A stretch of 64,000 nucleotides of DNA from a virus. Its lineage: Duplodnaviria > Caudoviricetes. A program made the translations under genes and the position numbers. Positions 43,455-52,860 of this stretch are shown here, piece after piece. The number at the start of each line of letters is the position of its first letter. Position 1 is the first letter of the stretch. Below the pieces are notes generated by a model that was not told the origin of the DNA, did not search any database, and was given only the letters and a program-made list of their open reading frames with translations. The DNA lies in the IMG/VR virus record IMGVR_UViG_2772190736_000001, positions 26,634 to 90,633 of that record; one strand, written 5' to 3'.

Positions 43455-43757
43455 GTGGCCTTGCGTATGTCCGACCAGATCACGCTCATCGCCTCCGCCG
43501 CCGCCGGTGGCGTCATCACCACCCAGGTGTGGATGTCCGGAGCGACCGCGCACACCACCACCGTCGTCGCCCTGCTCGCCATCATCAACGCCGCCTGGAC
43601 CACCGACGCGCTGCGCCGCAACCGGGCCCAGCACACGGTCACCTGCCCCACGCCCGGATGCGGCGTGAAGGCCGTGTTCTCCAGCGTGAAGCCCGACGAG
43701 CAGGTCCGTCTCATCACGGCCGCCGTCGACCACTCCCGCCACGGGGGTGCGCTGTGA
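43455..43757 (+). CDS. Small two-TM protein with C2H-type motif
   Basis: AAGGAG RBS; CPTPGC...H..H. Confidence 0.7.
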   Translation: MALRMSDQITLIASAAAGGVITTQVWMSGATAHTTTVVALLAIINAAWTTDALRRNRAQHTVTCPTPGCGVKAVFSSVKPDEQVRLITAAVDHSRHGGAL

Positions 43758-43948
43758 CCGCCGCCGAGTTCCGCGCCATCCACGGCGACCCGACCAGCTG
43801 GACGTCGGCCGACCACGAGTCGTACGAGCACCTCGCCGCGATCGACGCCGCGGCCGCGCGGCTCGCCGACGTCCACGTGCTCACCGCCGGCATCACCCGC
43901 TCGGGCAAGTCCGTCGGGCCGGTCCTCGGCCTGCGGGAGGTGTCGTGA
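43754..43948 (+). CDS. Small hypothetical protein
   Basis: GTGA coupling; GDPTSW. Confidence 0.6.
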   Translation: MTAAEFRAIHGDPTSWTSADHESYEHLAAIDAAAARLADVHVLTAGITRSGKSVGPVLGLREVS

Positions 43949-44115
43949 CCGTCAGCCGGGACCAGGCCCTCGCCGCGGCCGCCGAAGGCCTCGCCGTCCT
44001 GACCGCCGAGAAGCAGCAGGCGGACCCGAGCGGCGGGAACCCGGCCACCGACGCGCAGCTGTCCGCCCTCAACGACGCCTACGCCCTCATCGCCCGCACC
44101 CCCGCCTCGGAGTAG
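43945..44115 (+). CDS. Small hypothetical protein
   Basis: GGAGG RBS, coupling. Confidence 0.6.
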   Translation: MTVSRDQALAAAAEGLAVLTAEKQQADPSGGNPATDAQLSALNDAYALIARTPASE

Positions 44116-44153
44116 CCCCCCCCGCTCCTCTTCAGAATCGGAAGGACCCGCCC

Positions 44154-45350
44154 GTGCTTTCCCAGGTACTGAACGCGGTCGAGCAGGTGCCCGTGGAGGC
44201 ATGGGCCGCCCTGCTCGCGCTCGTCACGCTCGGCTTCGGCTACCGACTCGGCCCCAAGCTGAGGGCCCGCACCGGGCACCGCAAGCCCCGGGACCCCCAG
44301 AAGAAGCGCAACCTCATCGGCTTCCTCGGCATGGGCCTCGTCGTCGTCGCCGGCCTCGCCCTGTCCACCAACACCTCCGCCCGCTTCGCCGAGAAGCGCC
44401 TCCACATGGATGCGCCCTGGCACATGACGGTCGGCCTCGTCCTCGAAGCGATCGTCCTCGGCCTGTCCTTCTACGCCTGGGCCTTCCAGGACAAGGGCAC
44501 GACCCGCGTCGTCTACCTCCTGGTCCTCGCCCAGGCCATCGGCGCCATCGAGGTCGTCATCCAGGAACACGAGGACATCGGCACCGCGGTCGTCCGCATC
44601 GTCGGACCGGTCATGCTCGCCTACGGACTCCACAAGCTCCTCGGCCTCGAGGCCAAGCTCGGCAAGGTCGAGATCAAGTCCGACAGCATCCTTGCCCGAG
44701 CCTGGCGGGACCGGCTCAACCGGTTCGAGTCGAAGCTCGGTATCGGCTCGCGTGGCGCGGATGCCGAGTCCATCAGCCGACGCAACGCGCAGGACAAGCT
44801 CGTCACCCTCGTCACTCTGGGTAAGCCCTGGCTCATGGGTAAGCGTGCCTACGAGAAGGCCCTGATGCGCGCCGGCGACGCCTCGTTCCACGGCGTCGGC
44901 GACACCCTCGACGAGTTCGGCATCGAGATGCGAATCACGACCCGCATCGACCGAATGAGGGCCTTCAAGAACCTCCCCGACCGGAACGAGGAGTACTCCC
45001 TCCGCTCCCTGCGCCCCACCACCGGACCCCAGGGCGCACCTGACGCCGCCCCCGGCGACGCCAGCGCTCTGACCAGCGGAGGCGCACCGGGGCACACCTC
45101 CGGCCACGGTGCAGGCGTGCCCGGAGCGAACCCGGGCGAGGCGCAGGCGAACAAGGGGCCCGCCGGGGGCGAGATCGAGCGTCGCACGCAGGCTTTCGAC
45201 CTCTACTTCGACCTCCGTAAGGCTGGCCAGCCGCCCTCGCAGAACGCCTTCGAGAAGGCCTGGCGGGACCACGGATACGGGCTCAAGACCGACGACATCC
45301 GAGCGCTCTACAAGGAAGTCCACACCAAGGTGACCGGGAGCAATCCGTGA
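44154..45350 (+). CDS. Multi-TM plasmid spread/transfer-type protein (Spd/DUF2637-like) with C-terminal HTH-like domain
   Basis: About 5 TM helices, R..GP motif, low-complexity linker, position upstream of traB. Confidence 0.65.
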   Translation: MLSQVLNAVEQVPVEAWAALLALVTLGFGYRLGPKLRARTGHRKPRDPQKKRNLIGFLGMGLVVVAGLALSTNTSARFAEKRLHMDAPWHMTVGLVLEAIVLGLSFYAWAFQDKGTTRVVYLLVLAQAIGAIEVVIQEHEDIGTAVVRIVGPVMLAYGLHKLLGLEAKLGKVEIKSDSILARAWRDRLNRFESKLGIGSRGADAESISRRNAQDKLVTLVTLGKPWLMGKRAYEKALMRAGDASFHGVGDTLDEFGIEMRITTRIDRMRAFKNLPDRNEEYSLRSLRPTTGPQGAPDAAPGDASALTSGGAPGHTSGHGAGVPGANPGEAQANKGPAGGEIERRTQAFDLYFDLRKAGQPPSQNAFEKAWRDHGYGLKTDDIRALYKEVHTKVTGSNP

Positions 45351-46087
45351 CCCACAGCAACCGCCTCTGTGTCGCGAACGACAAAGGACGCGCATGCCAC
45401 CGCCTGGCAGATGCTCAGCTGCCTGTCGCACTGTGCAACGCCCACCGCATCGAGATTGCCCTCGCCGTCGTTCCCGACATGCTCCGCTCCGGGCTCTCGG
45501 TGGCTCTAGCCGACAGCGGCACGGGCGTCGCGGGCCGCGATGACCTGGTCAGAGCGGCCATGGCCACACCAGTTGAGGGTTTGTTGGGCGGGGTCCACGA
45601 CAGCGTCGTCTACTTCATCGCAAACGGTGGACGCGTCAAGATCGGCTACACCACGAACCTGAAGAGCCGCGTAAGCGCGCTCTCGCTGCGCGCCGACAGT
45701 GTGCTCCTCGCTTTGCCGGGTGGGCCCGAGTTGGAGCGGGCGTTGCACGCCAGGTTCGCCCAACACCGCAGTGGCGACACCGAGTGGTTCGAGTTGTCGC
45801 CCGAAATATTCCGGTATGCGTCTGCCCGAAATGCCGCGATCTCGGGTGTAGCTCCACTGGCCTCTGCGGAGGTGGCAGGTGGTCCAAGCGCCGCCACTAC
45901 TGCACGACACGAGCAGCGGAAGTCCCGCGCGTTCCGGATCTACGCAGACCTCGGACAGCCCTCCCAGCGCGCCTTCGTCAAGGCCTGGCGGGAGCACGGC
46001 TACGGCGAGACAGACCAGACCGTCCGCAGCCTCTACGACGAGATGCACGCCGCCTTCGAGAAGTCCCGGAAGGGAAATACGGAATAG
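45347..46087 (+). CDS. GIY-YIG (T5orf172/Mug113-like) protein
   Basis: VVYF....VKIGYT.....R...LE..LH..F...R...EWF. Confidence 0.85.
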   Translation: MTHSNRLCVANDKGRACHRLADAQLPVALCNAHRIEIALAVVPDMLRSGLSVALADSGTGVAGRDDLVRAAMATPVEGLLGGVHDSVVYFIANGGRVKIGYTTNLKSRVSALSLRADSVLLALPGGPELERALHARFAQHRSGDTEWFELSPEIFRYASARNAAISGVAPLASAEVAGGPSAATTARHEQRKSRAFRIYADLGQPSQRAFVKAWREHGYGETDQTVRSLYDEMHAAFEKSRKGNTE

Positions 46088-46137
46088 GCGAGCAATTTGC
46101 CAGAGCCAACCAACGGACCTAATTCAAGGACCTATTC

Positions 46138-46395
46138 ATGTCTGCCAGCCCGCCTGTCCTGCCACAGAACGCCAGCACCGCCATTCGAGCTAGTGCAGCC
46201 GGATTCGCCGATATGACCGGCCCCCTCACTTCGAGCCTGGGAGCGGACCTGGACGCGACCGTGGACGAGCTGTACGCGGCCCTGGAGTACATCGAGAGCC
46301 TGCGCTACGACCCTCAGGACCGGGCCGGCGAGTCCGGGAGCGGATCCACCGGAGCCACCCACCCGACGATCAGCGGAGAGGAGTACGGGAAGTGA
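46138..46395 (+). CDS. Hypothetical protein
   Basis: AAGGA RBS, 85 aa. Confidence 0.6.
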   Translation: MSASPPVLPQNASTAIRASAAGFADMTGPLTSSLGADLDATVDELYAALEYIESLRYDPQDRAGESGSGSTGATHPTISGEEYGK

Positions 46396-48482
46396 GCACG
46401 GACGGAATCACCCTCGTCGACCCCGGAACGGGCTCCCCTGAGGCGGCTACTCCGAGTGACACGGTCGGCGGCGGGGCGGGGCGGGGCGGAAGCGAGAACA
46501 CCGCGCAGGGCCCCCTGGTGGTCGTTCAGCAGCCTCGCGGCACCACCCCGCCCCGCCCCGCCCCGCGCACCAACCGGAGCAATAGCGACAACACGCTACG
46601 AAACGGATACGCCGCGATCTCACACAGCGTGAGCGGTGAGACGGCTGCGATCGGGCTCGGATTCCTCATCGCCGGCCCGGTCGGAGCCGTCATCGGCGGC
46701 ATCACCGGCCCGGCCATCGCCGCCGCCATGATGTGGCGCGGCAGGCGCCGCGAGCACGACGAGAACACCAACACCAACGCCGGCGGCACCACCGGCCAGG
46801 CCCGCGATTCGGCGAGGAACGGGCGCGGAAACCACAGCCCGAACAGCCCCAGGACCACCCGGCCGAACAGCGGAACTCATCAGCAGAACGGCCGCGGAAA
46901 CAACGCGGGCGGCACCGGGAACCACCAGAAGCCCAAGGTGAAAGACCCCGTCGCCGACAAGCTCAGCAAGCTCACGCAGAGCCTCGCCGACAAGCTCAAG
47001 AACCAGCCCAAGTCCGGCCCCTCCGCGAAGGACAACAAGCCCACCACCGACACCTCGACGAAGACCCCCAGCACCAACCGCAAGGACAACACCGGAAAGG
47101 ACCAGAAGTCGCCAGGTGGCGGCAACGGGAGGAAGTGGCTGAAGGACCGGGGCCCCCAGCCCGACAAGCCCAGGCCGTGGGACGGCAGGGGCGACAAGCC
47201 GAAGAAGGACAAGAAGCCCAAGGCCCCCCAGGACAAGCCCGCGAAGCACCGCAAGGACAACAAGAGTCGCGGCACCGACACTGGCGACGTCAGCACCAGC
47301 ACCTCCCCCGACGGCCTTGCCCCCCTCGACCCGAGCGGCAAGCGCATTGCCATGGTCCGCGCCAAGCGAGAGAAGCAGCTTCGCCGCCAGGCTGTCGCCG
47401 CGGGCAAGAAGGCGGCCGACAAGGCCGCGCGCAACGGCAGCGTGGGCGATCCCGCCGAGGTGAAGCTCGAAGTGATCCGGGAAGCCAACCACCGCATCGA
47501 TCTCGCGCTCCGCGCCGAGAACCGGCTGCTCGCCCTGACCGCAGCAGCCGAAAAGCTGAGGAGTACTCCCGTGAACTACCCCGCGATCCAGGCGTCCCCG
47601 GCCAGCCAGAGCCAGCCTGGCACGGCCCTCGCGCGCCAGATCGACGTCCGCAGCTCGACGGCCTACGCGATCCTGACCGCCATGGCCGACCAACTGGCAC
47701 ACGGCCTGCACAGCGACGCCGACGCCGACATGGCCGACCACATCGTTGAGCTGACGGGCGTGCCGAACATGTGCAAGAACCTCGCGGTCGCCGTGCAGGA
47801 GGCCGGTCGTGCGCTCGCCCGGACCGCCCCCCTGCACCCGTCGGTGATCAAGCACCTGAACAACGCGGCCGTCGCCGCCCGCACCGCTGGAGTCATGGCG
47901 GAGAGCATCATGATCGTGTTCGTGCAGGCGCACCGCGAGGACATCATCCGCGTCCTCGACCCGCGCATCGGCGAAGAGCGCTGGAACATCCGCAACGCCC
48001 CCGGCACTCTCGACGCAGCCAAACTCCGCGCCGCGATCGCCGCCGCCCACACCGCGCGCCTCGCCCTGCCCGCAGGAAGCACCCCCAGCGGCCCGCAGGG
48101 CGGCAGCAAGCTCGTCCCGGCCTCCGACGGCAGCACCAAGAAGCTGATCAGCCTCATGAAGGACTTCACCCGCGGGCACATGGTCACCGTCCTGTCCGAG
48201 GTTGCGGGATCCGCCGCCGGTGTCGAGGGCGTCGCCGACTCGATCAACAAGCTCTACCGGCGCATGACGAAGACCTGGCCCACCGAGAACGTCGTCGACG
48301 AGACCGTCGCCCGCACCGCCGGCCAGGTCCGCCGCATCGCGTCCGAGCTCCAGAAGGCCGTCAAGGCCGCGCAGAAGGCACACGCGCGCGAGCTCCGCCT
48401 CAACGCGAAGGGCCGCGCAGGCAAGGGAGCACACGCCGAACAGAAGTGGGACGTCGTAGGCCGCCGCGGTTCGTCCACCTGA
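46392..48482 (+). CDS. Large transfer-associated protein (TraA-like): glycine-zipper TM, basic disordered region, two helical repeats
   Basis: 696 aa directly upstream of traB. Confidence 0.65.
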   Translation: MSTDGITLVDPGTGSPEAATPSDTVGGGAGRGGSENTAQGPLVVVQQPRGTTPPRPAPRTNRSNSDNTLRNGYAAISHSVSGETAAIGLGFLIAGPVGAVIGGITGPAIAAAMMWRGRRREHDENTNTNAGGTTGQARDSARNGRGNHSPNSPRTTRPNSGTHQQNGRGNNAGGTGNHQKPKVKDPVADKLSKLTQSLADKLKNQPKSGPSAKDNKPTTDTSTKTPSTNRKDNTGKDQKSPGGGNGRKWLKDRGPQPDKPRPWDGRGDKPKKDKKPKAPQDKPAKHRKDNKSRGTDTGDVSTSTSPDGLAPLDPSGKRIAMVRAKREKQLRRQAVAAGKKAADKAARNGSVGDPAEVKLEVIREANHRIDLALRAENRLLALTAAAEKLRSTPVNYPAIQASPASQSQPGTALARQIDVRSSTAYAILTAMADQLAHGLHSDADADMADHIVELTGVPNMCKNLAVAVQEAGRALARTAPLHPSVIKHLNNAAVAARTAGVMAESIMIVFVQAHREDIIRVLDPRIGEERWNIRNAPGTLDAAKLRAAIAAAHTARLALPAGSTPSGPQGGSKLVPASDGSTKKLISLMKDFTRGHMVTVLSEVAGSAAGVEGVADSINKLYRRMTKTWPTENVVDETVARTAGQVRRIASELQKAVKAAQKAHARELRLNAKGRAGKGAHAEQKWDVVGRRGSST

Positions 48483-48502
48483 CCAGAGAAGGGAGAGCCA
48501 CC

Positions 48503-50680
48503 ATGTCCACTACAGAGCTACCGATGACACTCACCGACAAGCCGAAGCGATGGGACTTCTCCAGGGACGCCGTCTCCCCTGGCCGTCTCGTCGCCTGGGG
48601 CGGCGAGGCCGCCCTCGCCTCCGCGCTCATCGCCCCGCTCGCCGGCATCCCGTGGGAAGCCGGAGCCGGAGCCGGAGCCCTGTTCACGGCAGCCGCCATC
48701 ACCTACGAGAAGGCCCGCGGATCCTGGCGGCGTGTCGTCACCGCTCGGGCCGCATCCTGGCTCGCGACGACCGGATGGCTCTCGTACACCCTCGCCGAAG
48801 GACCGACACTCCTCACCATGGCCTTCGGCGGCGCCATCTGGGCGACCGGCGCCGCAGTGAACATCGGCATGGACCGGTGGGCCCAGGAGACCAAGGCCGC
48901 TGAGGAAGAGCTCGACCGGCGCCTGGAGCAGGGCGGGAAGATCAAGGCCGCGCAGGACGGCTGGGCGCGGCTCCTGGAGGACATCTGCGGTATCGAAGGG
49001 GCCGTCGCTGACCCCGTTGTCGACCGCTGGCCCAGCGGCGCCGGCTACACCGTCAAGGTCGCTCTTCCCTCGCACCTGAACGTCGACGCCCTGCGCGGCT
49101 ACGAAGCAAGCCTCGCAGGCGCCCTGCACCTTCCCAAGGGCGGCGGTGTCTCCTTCAACGCCGGCGGGCCCGACGTCCCCCGCAACGTCGTCTTCATCGC
49201 CGTCACCGAGAAGAACATGATGAGCGGCGCGATCCCCTACCCGAAGCTGACGCCGACCACCATCAACAAGCCCGTCGGATTCGGTGTCGTCGGCAACGGA
49301 GCCGAAGCCGGCCTGAACCTCAAGGACGAAGGCTTCATCGCGATCGGCGCCCAGGGATCGGGCAAGACCGCCCTGATGAAGACCCTCGGCCTCGGCCTCG
49401 TCCGCTGCGTCGACGCGATCGTCATCGACCTCGACACCTCCGCGAAGATGAGCGCCGTCTTCGTCAACCCCTACCTCCGGCACGGCATCGGCCGCCCGCT
49501 GATCGACTGGCCCGCCACCACCGAAGACGAGTGCCGCCTCGTCATCCAGGCCGCGAAGGCAGCAATCGCCGCCCGCAAGACCGAGTACGCCGACCTCCTC
49601 GAAGACGAGGACGTCGACAACCTCCCGGCACGCCCCGACATCCCGGCCATCCACATCCGCGTCGACGAGACAAAGTCGATGCCCGACGACGTCCTCGACG
49701 GCATCGACTTCATCATCGAGGAAGGCCGCAGCGTCAACGTCCGCGTCTCCAACACCGGACTCCGCGCGACCCGCGAGTACATCACCGGCACCATGGACGA
49801 GCTCACCCCAGGACGAATCGGCCTGCGCACGAACAACTCCAGCGAGCTCTCCATGCTGTTCCCCGACAGCGGCGCCCCCGACATGGCCATCTTCACTGAC
49901 CCCGGCACCGTGGCGTACATGTCGACGACGAAAGGCCCGTACCAGCCGACTCCGGCGAAGGCCTACGCCACCATGGCGGAAGCCTTCACCGAGGGCAGCA
50001 CCGACTACGCCCGCATGCAGAACCTCTTCATGGACGCAGCACGCGAGCTCTCGCCCATCCGCCCCGACATGGACGAGGTCACCGCCCGTGCCATGGGACT
50101 CGCCTGGTCCCAGCGGTGGGCACGCATCATCCCGAACCTGCGCGGAGACGCCTACGGCAACGTGACGGCCGACCGGATGCACGAATCGGTGTGGGAGCTG
50201 TACCGCTCATGGGACAAGCCGGCCTCCTACGACCACCTGCTCGGCCGACTCCTCGACGACGACGGCGACACCATCGCACCGCCCACATCCGGAAGGAGCG
50301 CAGACATCCCGCGCTTGACCGAGGCACTCCTCGACGAGGAAGCCCTGGAGCGCGCCGCCCAGCAGGAAGCGGCCATCGAGCTCGCCAAGGCCTCGCCGCA
50401 TCCCAAGTCGAACGACGACCTGGCCGTCGAGCTGTTCACGGCGCAGGGCCGGCCCGTCAAGCCGTCCGATGTGTACCCGCTGATGGTCCGCGCCGGATAT
50501 ACCAAATCGGACCGAACGTTCCGCGACCTGTGCGCCAAACTCTCGCTGCAAAACCGGCTCGTCAAGGGCCATGATGGAACCTACGCGGCCCCTGAATGCG
50601 ACGAGGTTCCCCATGCAGCCGGACGAGTTCCCGGACCTGAAGATGACGCCCATGGACGAGGCGATGCTCCACATGGCTGA
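48503..50680 (+). CDS. traB: TraB-like FtsK/SpoIIIE conjugative DNA translocase
   Basis: N-terminal TM helices, Walker A GAQGSGKT, Walker B IRVDE, GRS motif, C-terminal wHTH. Confidence 0.82.
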   Translation: MSTTELPMTLTDKPKRWDFSRDAVSPGRLVAWGGEAALASALIAPLAGIPWEAGAGAGALFTAAAITYEKARGSWRRVVTARAASWLATTGWLSYTLAEGPTLLTMAFGGAIWATGAAVNIGMDRWAQETKAAEEELDRRLEQGGKIKAAQDGWARLLEDICGIEGAVADPVVDRWPSGAGYTVKVALPSHLNVDALRGYEASLAGALHLPKGGGVSFNAGGPDVPRNVVFIAVTEKNMMSGAIPYPKLTPTTINKPVGFGVVGNGAEAGLNLKDEGFIAIGAQGSGKTALMKTLGLGLVRCVDAIVIDLDTSAKMSAVFVNPYLRHGIGRPLIDWPATTEDECRLVIQAAKAAIAARKTEYADLLEDEDVDNLPARPDIPAIHIRVDETKSMPDDVLDGIDFIIEEGRSVNVRVSNTGLRATREYITGTMDELTPGRIGLRTNNSSELSMLFPDSGAPDMAIFTDPGTVAYMSTTKGPYQPTPAKAYATMAEAFTEGSTDYARMQNLFMDAARELSPIRPDMDEVTARAMGLAWSQRWARIIPNLRGDAYGNVTADRMHESVWELYRSWDKPASYDHLLGRLLDDDGDTIAPPTSGRSADIPRLTEALLDEEALERAAQQEAAIELAKASPHPKSNDDLAVELFTAQGRPVKPSDVYPLMVRAGYTKSDRTFRDLCAKLSLQNRLVKGHDGTYAAPECDEVPHAAGRVPGPEDDAHGRGDAPHG

Positions 50681-50789
50681 GCTGATCACCGGTCTCAAGA
50701 AGGCCGGCCTCAGCGAGCACTCGGCCGTGCGCTTCGCGGCCATCTACTTCGCCGAGTCGTCTGGGTCCATCAGCGACGAAGACGACTGA
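50613..50789 (+). CDS. Small acidic protein
   Basis: GAGG RBS; L..AGLSE..A motif; overlaps traB end. Confidence 0.6.
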   Translation: MQPDEFPDLKMTPMDEAMLHMAELITGLKKAGLSEHSAVRFAAIYFAESSGSISDEDD

Positions 50790-50806
50790 CCGAACACGCG
50801 ACCGCG

Positions 50807-50837
50807 AGAGCCCCCGGGTCGTACCCGGGGGCTCTTT
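50807..50837 (+). terminator. Intrinsic terminator
   Basis: AGAGCCCCCGGGT-CGT-ACCCGGGGGCTCT-TT. Confidence 0.8.
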
Positions 50838-50870
50838 GCGTCCCGACCCGCCGCCACGAAAGGGAACTTC

Positions 50871-51377
50871 ATGCACGCCGACCTCCCCAACCCGAACAGC
50901 ACGACTGCCCCCGCCTACGACCGGACCACCCTCGACGACCAGGCCAACCAGCTCGTGGCCGCCGTCGATGACGCTCTCCGCGCCTCCTCCTACCGCGACC
51001 CCAGCCCCCTGCCTGCCATTGGGCCCACCCCGCCCGTGCCCCAGCCCGGACGGCCCCCCATGAGTCAGCGAGCCACCGACATCAGCGGCATCACGACCGC
51101 CATCGGCATCGCGTCCCTTCCCGTCTCTCTCGGAGCCTCCGCCATCATGTGGACCGCCGGCCAGGTTGACCCGCTCGTCATCGGCATCCTCCTCGGCGCC
51201 CCCGTCGCCCTCGCGCTGGCCCTCTCCAGGGTGTTCAAGAGCGCCAAGGAGGCCGCCGCTGCCGCACCCGCCGAGCAGCACCACCACTACAACGGGACCG
51301 TCATCCAGGACCAGCGCAGCATCAACACCCAGACCCGCGGCGTCTGGGCCAGCACCCGCAACCAGCTGCCCCGCTAG
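50871..51377 (+). CDS. SpdD-like spread membrane protein
   Basis: Pro-rich N-terminus, two TM helices, HHHYNG.V.Q......TRG.WA.T.N tail. Confidence 0.7.
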   Translation: MHADLPNPNSTTAPAYDRTTLDDQANQLVAAVDDALRASSYRDPSPLPAIGPTPPVPQPGRPPMSQRATDISGITTAIGIASLPVSLGASAIMWTAGQVDPLVIGILLGAPVALALALSRVFKSAKEAAAAAPAEQHHHYNGTVIQDQRSINTQTRGVWASTRNQLPR

Positions 51378-51418
51378 GGCCAGGCTCCGCGGGCGCCAGG
51401 GGGCGGGGGGAGCACCCG

Positions 51419-51460
51419 ATAACCCATATCCCATTGCGTTCGCAATGGGATATGGGTTAT
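51419..51460. promoter_or_regulatory. 42-bp palindrome with perfect 20-bp arms (operator-like), copy 2
   Basis: ATAACCCATATCCCATTGCG-TT-CGCAATGGGATATGGGTTAT. Confidence 0.8.
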
Positions 51461-51489
51461 GTTCTTCCCGCCCACCGAAAGGAGCCCAC

Positions 51490-51870
51490 ATGAACTGCTC
51501 GTTCTGCTCCATCGCCGCAGGCCAGACCCCCGCCGTGATCGTCCGCGAATGGGACGACGCCCTGGCGATCCGCCCCCGCAGCGGGGGCGTGAACGAAAAC
51601 CACGTCCTGGTCCTGCCCCGCGTCCACGTCGACGACGCCGGCACCGACCCGGACGTGACCGCCGCCGTGATGCGCCGGGCCGCCGAGCTGATGGCCGAAC
51701 ACCCCGCCGCGAACCTGATCACCAGCAAGGGCAGTGCGGCGACCCAGACGGTCTTCCACCTCCACGTCCACGTCGTCAGCCGCCAAGACGGCGACGGCCT
51801 GCCCCTGCCGTGGACCCCGCAGCATGCCGCCCGCACCACCACCACGTCGCAGAACGGAGAGGCCCGATGA
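51490..51870 (+). CDS. HIT family nucleotide hydrolase
   Basis: CSFC, HVLVLP..H, QTVFHLHVH. Confidence 0.92.
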   Translation: MNCSFCSIAAGQTPAVIVREWDDALAIRPRSGGVNENHVLVLPRVHVDDAGTDPDVTAAVMRRAAELMAEHPAANLITSKGSAATQTVFHLHVHVVSRQDGDGLPLPWTPQHAARTTTTSQNGEAR

Positions 51871-52361
51871 GCACCACACGCCTGGTCATGGCCCGCGAAC
51901 CCCTCCCCACCGAGGGCCCGTCGGTGTTCCTTGCCGGGCCCACCCCCGACAAGCGGACGCCCGTCCCCTCCTGGCGGCCCGAGGCGGCCCGCCTCCTGGC
52001 CGAGCAGTGGACCGGCAAGCAGCCGCTGACCATCCTGAGCCCCGAGTCCCGCAACGGCGTCCGGGCCGACCGGTACGAGACACAGGTCGACTGGGAGACC
52101 GACGCCCGCGCCGCCGCGACGGCGGTCCTGTTCTGGATCCCCCGCGACGTCGCCACGATGCCCGGCTTCACCACCAACGTCGAGTTCGGCCTGGACGCCG
52201 GCAGCGGCCGCGCGGTCCTCGGCTGCCCGCCCCACTGCCCCAACCCGGAACGTAACCGCTACCTCATCTACGTCGCCCGCCGCCACGACGTACCCATCCG
52301 CTACACCCTCCAGGACACTGCGGCCGCCGCACTCGAACTCATCGCCCGAACGGCCCCGTAG
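51867..52361 (+). CDS. Nucleoside 2-deoxyribosyltransferase-like protein
   Basis: VFLAGP, SWR, QVDWE, LFW.PR, TNVEFG. Confidence 0.85.
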   Translation: MSTTRLVMAREPLPTEGPSVFLAGPTPDKRTPVPSWRPEAARLLAEQWTGKQPLTILSPESRNGVRADRYETQVDWETDARAAATAVLFWIPRDVATMPGFTTNVEFGLDAGSGRAVLGCPPHCPNPERNRYLIYVARRHDVPIRYTLQDTAAAALELIARTAP

Positions 52362-52375
52362 ACCCCGAGGAGGAC

Positions 52376-52654
52376 ATGATGGGCACACGTGCACTCACCT
52401 GCTACATCGCCGTCTGCGACCTGTGCGGCCAGACCAGCGACGACGCCGAGGACGGCCTGCACGCAAGCTCCCCTGAAGAAGCCATCGAGAACGCGACCTT
52501 CGGCACACTCGATGAACGGGGCGGCTGGACCGTGACCCCCGACGGCCGTCTCGTCTGCGACATGCGCACCGACTCCGCTCACGAAGACGTCCACGCCGCC
52601 GCGGGCAAGCGCATGGGCTACGACGCCATGACCGTCGTCTTCACCAACGCCTAG
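52376..52654 (+). CDS. Small Zn-binding protein
   Basis: CDLC...GW......C; GGAGG RBS. Confidence 0.7.
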   Translation: MMGTRALTCYIAVCDLCGQTSDDAEDGLHASSPEEAIENATFGTLDERGGWTVTPDGRLVCDMRTDSAHEDVHAAAGKRMGYDAMTVVFTNA

Positions 52655-52860
52655 AACCGGCAGGGGGATAGCACCTCAGACAAACCGGTCCCCTTCTGCC
52701 ACCATGAATTCCGGTAGCAGCAGTCCGCCTCGCTAGTGTCCCCGCGCTGTGAGACACGACCGCTCGCCCCACGTCGGCCCCGCCATTCCCCCCGTCTGGC
52801 GGGGCCGCCCCGTTTCCCGTACCCAAGACACGCCCTGGCCTTCAAGGGAAGGATGACGAC

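Noticed and set aside
42500-43457. Possible CRISPR array or integron
   Set aside because: Only 2-3 degenerate repeats separated by whole genes; no cas or integron integrase.
50681-50870. clt 8-bp repeat array for TraB
   Set aside because: Only a small ORF and a terminator hairpin are seen here; no convincing repeat array by eye.
51419-51460. Palindrome as an N15-like telomere resolution site
   Set aside because: No protelomerase recognised in the window, and two copies at operon heads fit an operator better.
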